From the NCBI GenBank assembly GCA_976551045.1, contig CDPCPM010000060.1:4402001-4466000 (forward strand): DNA of 64,000 nt. Direction: 5' to 3'. Positions within the stretch are counted from its first letter, which is position 1. Each line of letters starts with the position of its first letter. Source of the stretch: Glaucostegus cemiculus (taxonomy: Eukaryota). Under the pieces are notes generated by a model. It was not told the origin of the DNA and searched no databases. It saw nothing but the letters and a program-made list of their open reading frames with translations. Positions 13,715 through 25,388 of the stretch are shown here, one piece after another. Position numbers and translations under genes: made by a program.

Positions 13715-14350
13715 TATGCATTTAGTTAGCACCTTTAATTAACACGAATATCCCAATTGCCTCATGAGTGGTGTGATCAGACAAGGAAAAGCTACATCAG
13801 GATGGTCATCAAAACCCTGATCCATGTGATGGGCTTAAAGCTGTCCTTGGAGATGGATATATGGTGGGGAGGTTTAAGGAGGAAATTCCTGAACTTTCGG
13901 TTTTGGTGATTGAAGCCATGACCGGGTGGAGGAGAGGGAGAGATCACAAGAGGCCGGAATTAAAAGAATGCAGAGCTTACAAATGTGTTGCAAGGCCAAA
14001 GGAGGCTTGGCAAGGAGATGTCTGTGAAGGAATTTAAACACATGGTTTACAGTTTTAAACTGGAGACATCTAATGATTGTGAGACAATGTAAAAAAGTGC
14101 TCGCATTTAAGTAAAGTCTATCACATCTCAGGATGTCCCAAAGTACTCCACAACCATCGAAGTAAATTTATTGACAGTTCAAACACAAGTCAATGAGGTT
14201 GGAACAATAGGTGAGTGGTTGATGTATATGATTACGTCAGCAGAGTTTTGAATGAGTTGGTTGGGAAACAAGTCAATGTTTCATTGTAGTTCTGAGGTGA
14301 CAAGGACACAGATGAGGTTTCAGTGTGGATGGGCTGAAGCAAAGTAGAGA
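13715..14350 (-). mobile_element. L2 LINE 3' region, decayed
   Basis: TGCATTTAGTTAGCACCTTTAA...GGAGGTTTAAGGAGGAAATTCC...GGAATTTAAACA; same pattern as 6590-6900. Confidence 0.55.
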
Positions 14351-14392
14351 TTTTATCTGTCTAATCCACTGTTTTGGTGTTCTGCAGCAAAA

Positions 14393-15383
14393 AATCATAG
14401 ATAGGGGCAAGAGTAGGCCATGCAGCCCCTCAGAACTACTCTGTCATTCAATACAAGCATGGGCGATCCTCTATCTCAATAACTCTCTTCTCATACCTCT
14501 TGAGATCTTTAAATTGAATTTTTAAATATAGTGACTTGGCCACAGCATTTTGTGGTAGAAAATTCTACGAGTCCACCACCCAATGAGTGAAGAAATTTCT
14601 TCGCACATCAGTCCCAAATGTCTTACCCCATATCTTGAGACTGTCATCCCTTGTTATTGACTCCCCAGCCAAGGGAAATATCTCCCCAGCATCCAATCTG
14701 TGAGCCCAGTCAGAATTTTGTACATTTCAATCAGATCTCCTCTCTATCTTTTATACTCATTTTAATATAAGTGTAGATGATCCAAACTTCCGCATACAAC
14801 TGTCCAGGAGACAGTCTGGTGAATCTCTGTTGCACTCCCTCTATATCATGTGTATCCTTTCCATGGAAAGGAGATCAAAAGTGTACACAGTACTTTAGGT
14901 CTCTCCAAGGTCCTGTATTTAGAAGACATCCTTGCTCCAGTACTCAAAACCTCTTGCAATCAGGCCAACATACCACTTGCCTTCTCAACTGCTTGCTTTA
15001 CCTAAGTGTTTACTTTCAGTGAATTTTGTACAAGGTAACCTGGATCCCTTTGGTAAATAACCACTTCCCAATACATCACTAATTAAAGAACATGCTGCTT
15101 TTCTGTTTTTCCCATTTAAGTGGATAACTTCATATTTATCCATGTTGTGCTGCATGTGTTTGCCTACTTATTTAATATCTAAACCACCTTGAAGCTTTTG
15201 AGGATTCTAACAACTCACAATCCTTTCCAGTTTCATGTCCTGGGATAACTTAGAAATATTACATTTGGTCCCCTCATCCAAGTCATTGATATATTTATTG
15301 TGAAGAGCTCTGGCCAAACACTGAACCCTGGTCTGCTACCCTAAAAAGACCCATTTATTCCTATTTTCAGTCTGTCAACCAAT
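14393..15383 (-). mobile_element. CR1 LINE 3' ~1 kb, decayed
   Basis: GAGTAGGCCATGCAGCCCCTC tail, CACCACCCAATGAGTGAAGAAATTTCT (FFTQRVV-like on the minus strand) and TGTACACAGTACT (EYCVQF-like). Confidence 0.8.
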
Positions 15384-15805
15384 TTTGAGCAGTGCTGGAG
15401 GCTGGTTTTGCAGTAGTTGTGAAAATATTACCATGAATTCACTGACCTTGGCCCATAAATGAGCTCAGTGAACTTCCTGTGAGACCACATCCAGGTCTTT
15501 GGAGCTTGTCTCCTGGCATTGGCTGACACTGCTATCTCCTTCCACTGCTGTCACAATGTGTGTGAGGGAGGCTCTGTCCCCTCCTGAAATAGGACACCTC
15601 TTGTTCTTCCCTCCTCCTGCTGCCAGTGTGGCACCACACTCACCTGTATTGTGCCATTCCTGAGTATCTTCCCAGTCAGTTTAAGTTCCAGAATCCCAGC
15701 CAGCACCGGCTTCAACCATCAGGCTTCAACCCTTTTAGCATATTGCAGACTGTCTGTTCTAAAGGTTAGTGTTCCTTAGTGCTCAACATTCATGAATTTG
15801 GATCC
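15384..15805 (+). repeat. Direct repeat, copy 2 of 12130-12553
   Basis: Same colinear alignment; begins where the CR1 remnant breaks off. Confidence 0.95.
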
Positions 15806-16130
15806 CTTGGTGAGCTAACATGCCAATAACCTCAAGGATTGGACTGGTTTCACACTCCACCATACTCCAGCAAGCTATCCTCCAACATGAACCTGCTATC
15901 CCCTCTCAGCCCGACACCAGCTGCAAATCCTTCTCTGTCATTCCACCTATGTTTTGCTGCTTCCTGCCCACCTGCTTTGGCAAGATGGTACAGTCTGTAG
16001 CCAGGTCCCCTTGACCCAGAACTGCTTGTGACAGTTGCCCAGGCCATCTGTTGCCTTGTCCACTGCTGCAGCTCACTACAGAAAAGCAGTAGGACAAGGA
16101 AACAAATGCAGAAGGCAGACACCGAGGGTA

Positions 16131-16515
16131 TTCCAAGATTGCTTTATTGTCATTGAGCCGTTGAGACAACAGAACAATGAGATTTCATTGGCACTCCCAT
16201 GTCAGACAATAGGCACAGTACTTAAATATTAAATAAATAGAGAATAAATTAAGTTAGAGTTTACACTGTAGGGTTCACTTGATGTATTAGCGGGAGAGAG
16301 AGAAGAAGCGAGAAAGAACTAGTGCAATCTGTGAAATTTAAAGTCCTTGTTTAAGATTTTCACGGCGTTGGGGAAGGAGCTATTCCTCAAGCTGGCCGTG
16401 GATATGTGGAATGTCCTGAAGCGTTTCTTTGAGGGGAGCAGACTGAAGAGGTGATGGGCCGGGTGGGTAGAGTCCTTAATGATGTTTGTAGCCTTGTTCA
16501 GATACCAGGACACAG
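16131..16515 (-). mobile_element. Rex1/Babar LINE 3' fragment (different subfamily)
   Basis: ORF 16319..16513 KATNIIKDSTHPAHHLFSLLPSKKRFR...LRNSSFPNAVKILN; the minus-strand tail reads ATGACAATAAAGCAATCTTGG. Confidence 0.88.
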
Positions 16516-16674
16516 GTGAGCAGTTAATATTTATAGGCTTTTGTATCCAGATTGATTAAATATATATTATTGATTTGTATTCATCAGATGTTGTCTAACT
16601 GGTTCTGTGATGATTGACAACCAAGGTTTCGTGAAGTGGTATTTGTGGGTGAATGAAGAATTTGGTTGTATTTT

Positions 16675-17190
16675 ATTTTTTAGTCACACTTAGGATGTGG
16701 ACATCACTGGCAAAACAGAATTCAAAAGTCATCCCTAACTGCTCTTGAAGAAGGTGATGAAGGAATGTTGACTTGAACTGCTGCAACCTTTGTGGTTCCA
16801 TGTCCACCCATGGTGCTGTAACGTATGGAATTCTAAGGTTTTGGCAAGGAAAAATGGAGGAGTGTAGATGTGTTTCTATCAGAAAGGTGCCTGAGCTGGA
16901 TCTGACTTTGCTGAGGTCACGGGTTTTGCTTGTGCTGTCAAAAACGCTTTGGTGAGTTGCTACAGTTTGATTAGGAGATAGTGCATGCCATAGCTGGGCA
17001 GGACCAGTGTTGAAAGGAAGAAATGTTTAGGATGTCTGTGGGAAGCCACTGTCTTTACATTGGTGTAAGCTGGATGTTGTCAAGCTTTTTGAACTACACT
17101 CATCCAGCCAGTTAAAATGTATTCCATCATACTCCTGGCTTGCACCTTGTAAATGGCAAAAAGGCATTGGAAAGCTGGGAGTCTTGACCT
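16675..17190 (-). mobile_element. LINE 3' end (CR1/L2-group family), decayed
   Basis: CATCCCTAACTGCTCTTGAAGAAGGTGATG...CTTGAACTGCTGCA and TATTCCATCATACTCCTGGCTTGCACCTTGTAAATGG (IYKVQARSMMEY on the minus strand). Homologous to 21415-21865. Confidence 0.65.
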
Positions 17191-20100
17191 TCACTAAACA
17201 TATTAGATTTCAGCACTGGCTCATTGTTTATGTGCCAGCAAAAGCCTTCAACAGTAAAAGAGGAGGATATATGTACAGTCAACTCTCCTTCCAATCAATC
17301 ACAAACCAATCTGCAAGTAATTGAGGATCCCATTAATAACTAAGTTTAGATGGAGATAAAACTGCAAGGTTGTAGGTGGTTGTGATTAGGAATCTACTTG
17401 CTTCAAAATGCTGGGTTTTTCCACACAGACTGAGCAGATGATATTAGTTTGGTTGTTACTGTCCTATTTGGCATCGTAGGTGTTATGTGAGATGAACATC
17501 AAAATTTGCCTAGTTTGCCTATGTGTGTATATATCTATTTACCACCCACAACCAATTTATCAGGCCATGCAGCTGTATTTAAAATGAGCCCTTTCAATTA
17601 GTACAGATAATTTAAAACAAATTGGCACCAAAACACAGGCATAGTGCCCTAATTTTTAAATGTGAACTCTTTGGTATTTCAACCCTTTTCCCTAAGGAAC
17701 AATCACCTGAATCGATTTTGTCGATCTGCTTCATTCAATCATTCTAGGAATATTCCATTAGATTACCCTAGTTTCTAATTTTCTGAAGCAAATATATTGA
17801 CCTACTGAATCTGAGATGAGTTTTTTTTAATGTACTTGGATTTTAAAATGTACTTTTTCATGCAGATCTTTATAAGTTAGTATAAGTAAATTCAATATTG
17901 TTAATTCAAATGACTTTATGTGAAAATACTAACTAAAAACTCAGAATTGCCATCAAGACAAACTTCATTTAGTTTTCAAAACTGGTCTAACTGAAAGGTA
18001 AGCTTTGTCACATAATCTTGTTTGTAAATATGTAAAGCAATTTCATCCAATATTCTGGACAGTAAAGGGGAACAGATGCTGTGACACTGCTTATACGTTA
18101 ATTAGGCTTAAACTTGTTTTGACAGACAAGAAAAAAATAATAAATTATAAATAACTGCTGAAAGAAAACAAACATGATCAAAGTCCTGATATGCTTTATG
18201 TGAAATGGATTACTCAGAACAAATATTCATGGTTATCATATTTTGACCTTATTTCTTTTAACAAACAAAAAAATGAAGAAGATTTTATTAATTTACCCCC
18301 ATCTTACCAGTTCTTGGACACAAATTTACACTGATGATATCCATCAAAAAGCTATTTTTTTCAGAAGGTAAAGGTGTTAAATTTCTGTTTATCAGGTTAT
18401 TTCAGTTCTATAAAGAATTTTTTTTTTGGTTGATTATTTATTTTCTGTTATCTACTTCCTTTCAAATACTAACACTGACAGTTATTAAAAAATAGTTCCA
18501 ATGATTCCTTCATAATGAAATTAAGAATGAAGTCTTTCAGTTTGAACATTTTCATCATGTTTTTTTAAAAAAAGTAGTGAAATTCTTAGACACAAAACGT
18601 ATTTATTTATTTGGAACTCTATCGGTGCCAGCTGAGGTTGTTCCAGCAATATTTCCCCTGTTAAAAGTTCTTACTAAATTCCAAGGTAATTTTGCAGAAT
18701 CAAAGACTTACTCTGTTAACAAAAAAGCAAATTACTGAGGAACTGACCAGGAGCCTCAATCTATGAACTCAACTACGAATAGAAATGAAAAATTGTGACT
18801 TGTCAATAGAAAAAGGATAAACATGTAGAATTTGAACTTTTCCTGATGAGAATCCTTTGTAAATGGTGAATATTTATTTCTGAAAAACAAAACACCTCTG
18901 ATATAATGAGGTTCGCCTTTAAAATCTGGCTGCTGGGATTCAAGTTAATTATACTGCACTAAGACGCCACAGATATGTACAGTCCTGCATTTTCAACAAG
19001 TCTCTGAGGATATTGTGCATGAAAAGACCTTCTGTCTTCTTTTAAGAATAACATATTACCTTTGTGTAATTAAGAATTTCACATTTCTTGCAGTGTCTGT
19101 CAGATTACAGTGGTGCATGGTGAAAAATATAAAAAATAATAAACATTCATTTGGGGCTGCAGGGTGTTAGTCAGGCTGAAAGGTATCATTATTCTAATAT
19201 CTAAACAGTTTACACAAGCAGCTTTTAGGGTTAAAATTAATGCAAAGAGGTGTGCTGTTAAGCATTGCCTTCCACTTGTGCCACTTTAATAAGAAGAACC
19301 GCACCAGACTCAGGCACCCTCTGTCCCTCTCTGTTACCTCCTTTCTGTTACTTAATAAAAGCTATATTCACATGCTTATCAGTTCTACAATAATGAAGAT
19401 TCTGTGAAAGCAAACTATATTTTTGTTCCATGGCCTAAAAGTTTTAAACATTTTGAAACTGTGGTCATTTTTAACTTGTACTTCTACTCAAATGTTTATT
19501 TTTTTTTATAGTACCAACTACTCAGTATCTTTTCATGTTGTTGATCTTTGCACGTTCTAGGTGTTCCCACTATCCTAACATTGGAGTGCAATATTGAAAA
19601 CAATTTACAACAAACAAGAATATAAGCAACAATGAAACTGTATGAGGACAGAAAATTGTATTATTTTTCCACTTTCAATTTCACTGAATGAAAATGGTAA
19701 TAAACTAGGTCAGGTATCCATCTCTAAATAGAACTCATTGTATAAGCCAGAGCATCTCTGTTTGGCAATGGTACAGATAGACTGCATATAGCATTGTCAC
19801 GCACGTCAGAGGCTATTACTACATCATCTCCCCAATTACATATAACAGTGTAAACACTGGCAAATGGTTTACTGGAACAGTTTATTCAAAGTAATATGAA
19901 AATCCCTATCAATCTAAACCACATTGAATAAAGATTTACAAATTGGACTGTAGTGGGGAGAGAGGTAATAGAGATTTGAAAATACTTAGGGTACATTGCC
20001 AAGTGTTTAATTGATCTACCAGTGCACCCCCATGAAATGCTTTCTTATTCACTTATAATTAATTAACATTATAAAACAGCAATAAATCCAGAAACAGAGA

Positions 20101-20887
20101 CAGTCCTTAGCTGCATCATAATCTGAACAAATCTGCAATATATTGACCAGTGAAAGTTGGGAACTGAATGGGCTTATAGAGGGATAATTTAGTACATTCA
20201 TTTCTACCTCTGTTGTATAGGGGGACTCTCCTTAGAATTATAGCCAAAGAATAAGATTAAGGAAAAATTAAACTAAATTAAAAATAGTAAGTAACCACAA
20301 GTTGCATTCCTGTAGTTCATTGTAAATTTACAAAATTTTAGGTGTTCAAAAAAAGGTGTTCTTTCATCCAAACTCTGATATTTATTCAAATTATTTTTTT
20401 TTAAAGAAAGGCAGCCAAATCTTGTTTAACAAATGCACAACAGGCAGGAAAAAGCACTCCGACTAACACAGATGTACCCCTGAATCATGTTTGGGCTTAT
20501 GCCAAAACACACTGTTGTTTTGACTGTAATGAAGCAATTAGCTAAAAGTCCTGTAGGAAAATGTAATACAGTGATTAGGATTTCAAACACTAGACACCCT
20601 TATGTGAAATGTCCGTCCCAATGGTTTGACAAATACACTTAGGTGATAATTGGTAATCACCAAACTGCTAGGAACAATTATAGTTTTAATTAGAACTATA
20701 CTGTCAATTAACTGTGGGCAACCAGGTGGGCACAATTTTGGAATATTAAAATTCTGTCAGCAAAGGAAAAAAAATCTAAAGTGATGCAGATATCATGCAT
20801 GAACTTCATTACTATTTCATTATTATTGTTCATAGTTCAATGTCGAAGTAAATAGTAGTTGGGCAGTTCCTGCTGTTTATACCATAT

Positions 20888-21242
20888 AACTCTCTCGTCC
20901 CTCCATCTTCCTTTGTTAACACTAAGAGATGCTAGGTGCACAGAAATGCACCAGCACTTTAAATGCCCGACACCAGCCCGTTCACTTTAATAACTATTTA
21001 TTTATTTACCGGCCATTTTTAATTTAATCTGCGTACTTTAATTTAATTTTAACTTCTGTAGCTTTTAATGTCTAATGTTTTGTAATGTTTATTCTGTCAA
21101 GTGTGTATGTGTGTCTCTGTTGGTTGTTATGTTATTTTATGGGACGAGCACCTGAGGAGGACGGTATCTCGCTCCTATGCATACTATGTATGTATATGGT
21201 TGTGACAATAAAACTGATTCTGATTCTGATTCTGATTCTGAT
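20888..21242 (+). mobile_element. 3'-terminal copy of the young Rex1-like LINE at 62376-63547
   Basis: Aligns at high identity (over 90% by eye) to 63205-63545, including AATAAAA and the (CTGATT)n tail. Confidence 0.95.
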
Positions 21243-21414
21243 CTTGATAAATGTATAAACTCAGTTAAAACTCAACAGCAAAGACAAGGCATCATCAGAC
21301 AACAGGAAGTGACAGGAAGCAGCTGATCAAAATCAAAAATTAGCAATTCATTGTAGCACTGCATGAAATCATCTATTACCTAAAAGGGATTATACAATTT
21401 CATTTTACTCATTT

Positions 21415-21865
21415 TAGGGGCAAGACCAGCATTTATTACCCATCTCTGATTGTCCTTGAGAAGGTAGTGGTGAGCAGTCAATGGCTTCAGTCGTCCTGGT
21501 GAAGGCACTCACACAATATTGCTTGGGAGGGAGTTCCTGGATTTAGACCCAGTGATGATGAAGGAACAACAATCTATTTCTAGGTCAGGATGGCATGGAA
21601 TCTGAAGGTGGTGATGTTCTCATGCACCTAATACCCTTCCCTTTTTTGGTGGTAGAGGTCTGGGATTTAGGAGTTGCTTTTGACGTAGACTAGGTGAGCA
21701 ACTGCAGTGCATGTTATAGATACTATACATAGGAGCCTTTGTGCATCATTGATGAAGGCAACACAAATTTAGGATGGTGGACATGAAACCATTCAAACAG
21801 ATTGCTTGGTCCTGGATATATCAAGCTTTTTGATGATTTTGGACCTGCATTTACACATGGAAGTG
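21415..21865 (-). mobile_element. LINE 3' end, same family as 16675-17190
   Basis: GACCAGCATTTATTACCCATCTCTGATTGTCCTTGAGAAGGTAGTGGTGAGC...; ORF 21793..22011 ends KKLDISRTKQ (KKLDTIQDKA-like). Confidence 0.7.
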
Positions 21866-23699
21866 AAGAGTTTTATTATTAATATATTAAACATAGTCAT
21901 GCTTCTCTTAGTGGTCCAAACCAAATTTTGTTTAATTACAAGCTTGTGAATCGCCTTGGGAAGTTTTAATACAGTAAACATGTTATATAATTGCAAAGTG
22001 CAGCAATGCACATGATGTATTTGTCTGTGACTTTAACAAAGATCCCATAGTGTTTTGTCAGTGATAATGTTAGGCAGTGTAAGTATGTTCATAAAAATAG
22101 TGGTCAGGGGAGTTTCACACAAATTTGTTAATCAATATTAATAAGGCCATTCACTCTCTAAGCTTGAAGCTGAATATTGTATAATATTAGCAACAAACAT
22201 GTTAACTTATACATATCAAATCTTTTGTTAGCTACTTTGTGAAGGTGTTATCCTGTGACTTAATACTTGCAGAAAAATTGAAAGGATTTTTCAAAAAGTT
22301 ATAAAAGTTTATATCACCAAATAAGGCCATTCTGGTCTCCACTGGCAAAAAATGAACAACTTTTACCAATACCATTTCCCAGCTTTGACCACTAAGCTCT
22401 GTAATGTTATAAAGATTTCTACCTTCACTACCTACAGGAGAAAAAAGAAAGCTCTCATCTCCCTTCAGGTGAAAACCACTGTCCTCAAAATCCTACTGCC
22501 TTAAATCTATGTTATCTCATGATTGAACTCTCTGCTAAGGGAAATAAGTTCTTTCTTTTCACCCTATCTACACTTCTCATATTATCACATCATATATTAT
22601 CCTTATGTCATACTAGGAGGGCATTTAGCCCATTCAATTTATGCTGGCTTTCAGAGTAATTAAATTATTCCTATTCCCCCAATTATTTCCCTATAACCTA
22701 TCCTCACACACGTCTAGAAGACCCTTACCTACATTTGTTCTGGTCCTATCTATCACTCCTCATAGACCTGGTTATATCTTTGTTAATCACCTCAATGCCC
22801 TTTCTGTTGCCATTACATACATCCTGAAACCTGATGACAAGAAATGTAAGTGGTACCCTCATTCTGGTCTAATTGGTATTTTTTTAAAAAACAGCTGGAG
22901 CATGCTCTTTGCCTTAGACACTTTCTTGACCACCTTATCCATCTTTCCTGCTACCTGCAGGGATCGGTGGACATGCACTCCAAGTTGCTCCTCTAGATTT
23001 TTCAGTGTCCTACCATGTTTCGTATGTCATCTTAACATATTTCTTACCATGTTTAATGCTTCAGTATGACCCTGTTTCCCAATGGATCAGACTGTGGGCT
23101 TTTTTAGAAGTGATTAGCTATAAATTGATTTTTTTTTAGTGAAGTGATAGGTTCATAATCTTTTGTACTTTATTCTAATACATCTAGCTACTTCTTTCTC
23201 CTGGTTAGTTTCTAATATTCCCTGATGGCTGATTGATTAAATGCATAAAATGATTACAATACACACAGGGAGGCTCTTTTGGTTTCTTCAGTCTTTATGG
23301 AAACCACCTCTCCTACCCCTCCAGACCCCGTGGTCTTCCTTTACATCCTTTGTATCTTACCCAAATACAATTCCTCCACTCTGCTTCCTCATGCTTAATT
23401 TCTATTTCTCACCTTCATTAATTTCAATGCAACTGAATGAGTGGCTGATGAGTGCAACTAAACCTGATACTCTTGCACACATTTCTCAGGCCCCAATAAT
23501 CACAAAGGAATTACTCCTCCCATGTCCACCCATATCTCACTCCAGGATGTGGGTGATACTCGAATACTTTTGCCATGCATGGTTACACTGGGAAGATTGT
23601 GCTGGCCTATTTCTTGAGTCTTAGTGCTGATGAGGTTATTATTATGAGGTTACCTGAGAAATTCTAGGAAATAATCTGAGAACAATGAAGGAGAAGTAA

Positions 23700-23800
23700 T
23701 ATAAATAGGAAATGCTGAAAGTATTCAGCAGGTCACTCAGCATCTGTAGAGAGAGAAATTTTGGCTGATGGCATTTCTGGTCGATGGCTTTTCATCAGAT
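23700..23800 (-). mobile_element. Penelope terminal-repeat remnant with hammerhead-like core
   Basis: Plus strand AAATGCTGAAAGTATTCAGCAGGTCACTCAGCATCTGTAGAGAGAG; the minus strand reads CTGATGA-aaagccatcgacca-GAAA. Confidence 0.6.
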
Positions 23801-24082
23801 CTGCACTTCCTGTTAAGATTTACATCAAATGCTTTTTTTTTGCTGTTCAATGAAAACACAGTCATCACTGTTTGAATAGAATAGAGTGTGACTTGAAGGG
23901 AAACCTGGAGGGTTGAAGACTTTGTAATCCATAAGGTTAAACATAAGTTTAAAAGAAAGACCAATCCAAAAACATTACATTGCTTTTTAAACATTTTAAT
24001 AACACACTGCAATATTAATCTGAGCTGTAATATTACAATTAAATTCAATTTGATAAAACAGCCTTGGGAGATGTTTGTAGGA

Positions 24083-24132
24083 TGGCACAGCTTGATGGGC
24101 CGAAGGGCCTGTTCTGTGCTGTATTGTTCTAT
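24083..24132 (+). mobile_element. CR1/HE1-type 3' tail fragment
   Basis: GGCACAGCTTGATGGGCCGAAGGGCCTGTTCTGTGCTGTATTGTTCTAT. Confidence 0.7.
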
Positions 24133-25262
24133 TGATATTTAGATATCCTGAGAGATGAGACTGTGCACTTAGGAAGTCTATATGAGTTTAATTATATTTT
24201 TAATCAAATAACTTTATCCTGTAAGTAAACATTTGATCAATGACTGCATAACTTCAAAGCCTTAGGTCTATGTAGCAATAATGCAGCAAGTACAGCATTG
24301 TCAGTCCATCAACTCCACTATTTGGAGAGTATAACTTCTTCCATTTACCTAGTATTTTATCCTGTTTCTCAGAAATGCCTCAAAGCATTTCACCTAGAAG
24401 GAATTACATTTGAAATACACTGACTCCTGTAATGAAAACAATTACACCAAGATCAATGGAATCTTGATATCCATTTGGATCATTGTAAAGGGAGGCAGGG
24501 TTATGTTTTAACATTTGATATAAAAGAAAAAAAATAATGCAAAGATTTTTTTGAAAAGAATTAAAATTCATAAATATTGTGATATACATGTGAGAGCCAA
24601 GGTACAGACCTGTAAACATTAACATCACAACTTTTGATTTTGGAAATGTTCATGTACAAATTTAAAATCATTAAAAAATCCATAATTATTTAATAGATGG
24701 AAGTCAAGATTTTCAAAATGTCCTGAAAATATGAGATAACTAATTTTAAGTTATGTCCATCTATTTGTGGGTAAATAGCACATTTATTTTCCTTTGAGAA
24801 GCAATTGAGCCAGTCCCAAGTGCAAACAAAATGCTATACCTTCCCATAATCTTTCAACCAGTGTTCTTTGATACTTCTGCTGTTACCTTTTAGAATTCTA
24901 ACCTGGCTAGAATTCAAGACTATGGGAATCAAAGTGAAAAAATAAGCTTCTCAAATATTCAGTTTATACATGGTAAAATAAATTTTTGAAGCCTTCATTG
25001 AAGATGCTCATTTTCTGCATTTCAACTATTGTATTAAATGTCCAAATTAACATAAAATACCAGAACTTTGATATAGGGCAATAGTTGTTTATTAGAACAG
25101 AAAGTTGCATACATTTCAGCAATAACATTTAATACCTGATTATTTTTATGACATAGATTGGTTGATTTCTAATCTGGCCCAAGGGACTTTAGTAAGACTT
25201 ACCAGCCCATTACCGTGGTACTCAGCACACATTCTGCTCTTGTGCCTTTATTTATCACTTAC

Positions 25263-25388
25263 CTAGCTGTAGACTGTTCTCCAAGGCTGGATGTAATGCT
25301 GGTTTAATCATCAGCAGGCCATCAGTGGAGGCATCAAGACAGAAGAAGCAATAAATGTGCTGAGAGGCGAGAGGCAGAAGTATTTCAT
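25263..25388 (-). other. Candidate 126-nt internal exon of an unidentified host gene
   Basis: Minus strand: acceptor CCTTTCATTTCTTGTATAG, donor CTAG|GTAAGT, length divisible by 3, open in phase 1 (xEILLPLASQHIYCFFCLDASTDGLLMIKPALHPALENSLQL). The peptide is not recognised. Confidence 0.35.

Noticed and set aside
12130-15805. Intact LTR retrotransposon or ERV bounded by the 424-bp repeats
   Set aside because: No PBS, PPT, gag/pol or TSD is visible; the interior is old L2/CR1 debris; copy 2 does not end in CA.
22641-23069. 142-aa ORF
   Set aside because: It overlaps antisense CR1-like debris (ACCTGCAGGGATCGGTGGACATGCACTCCAAG) and has no recognisable domain or splice context.
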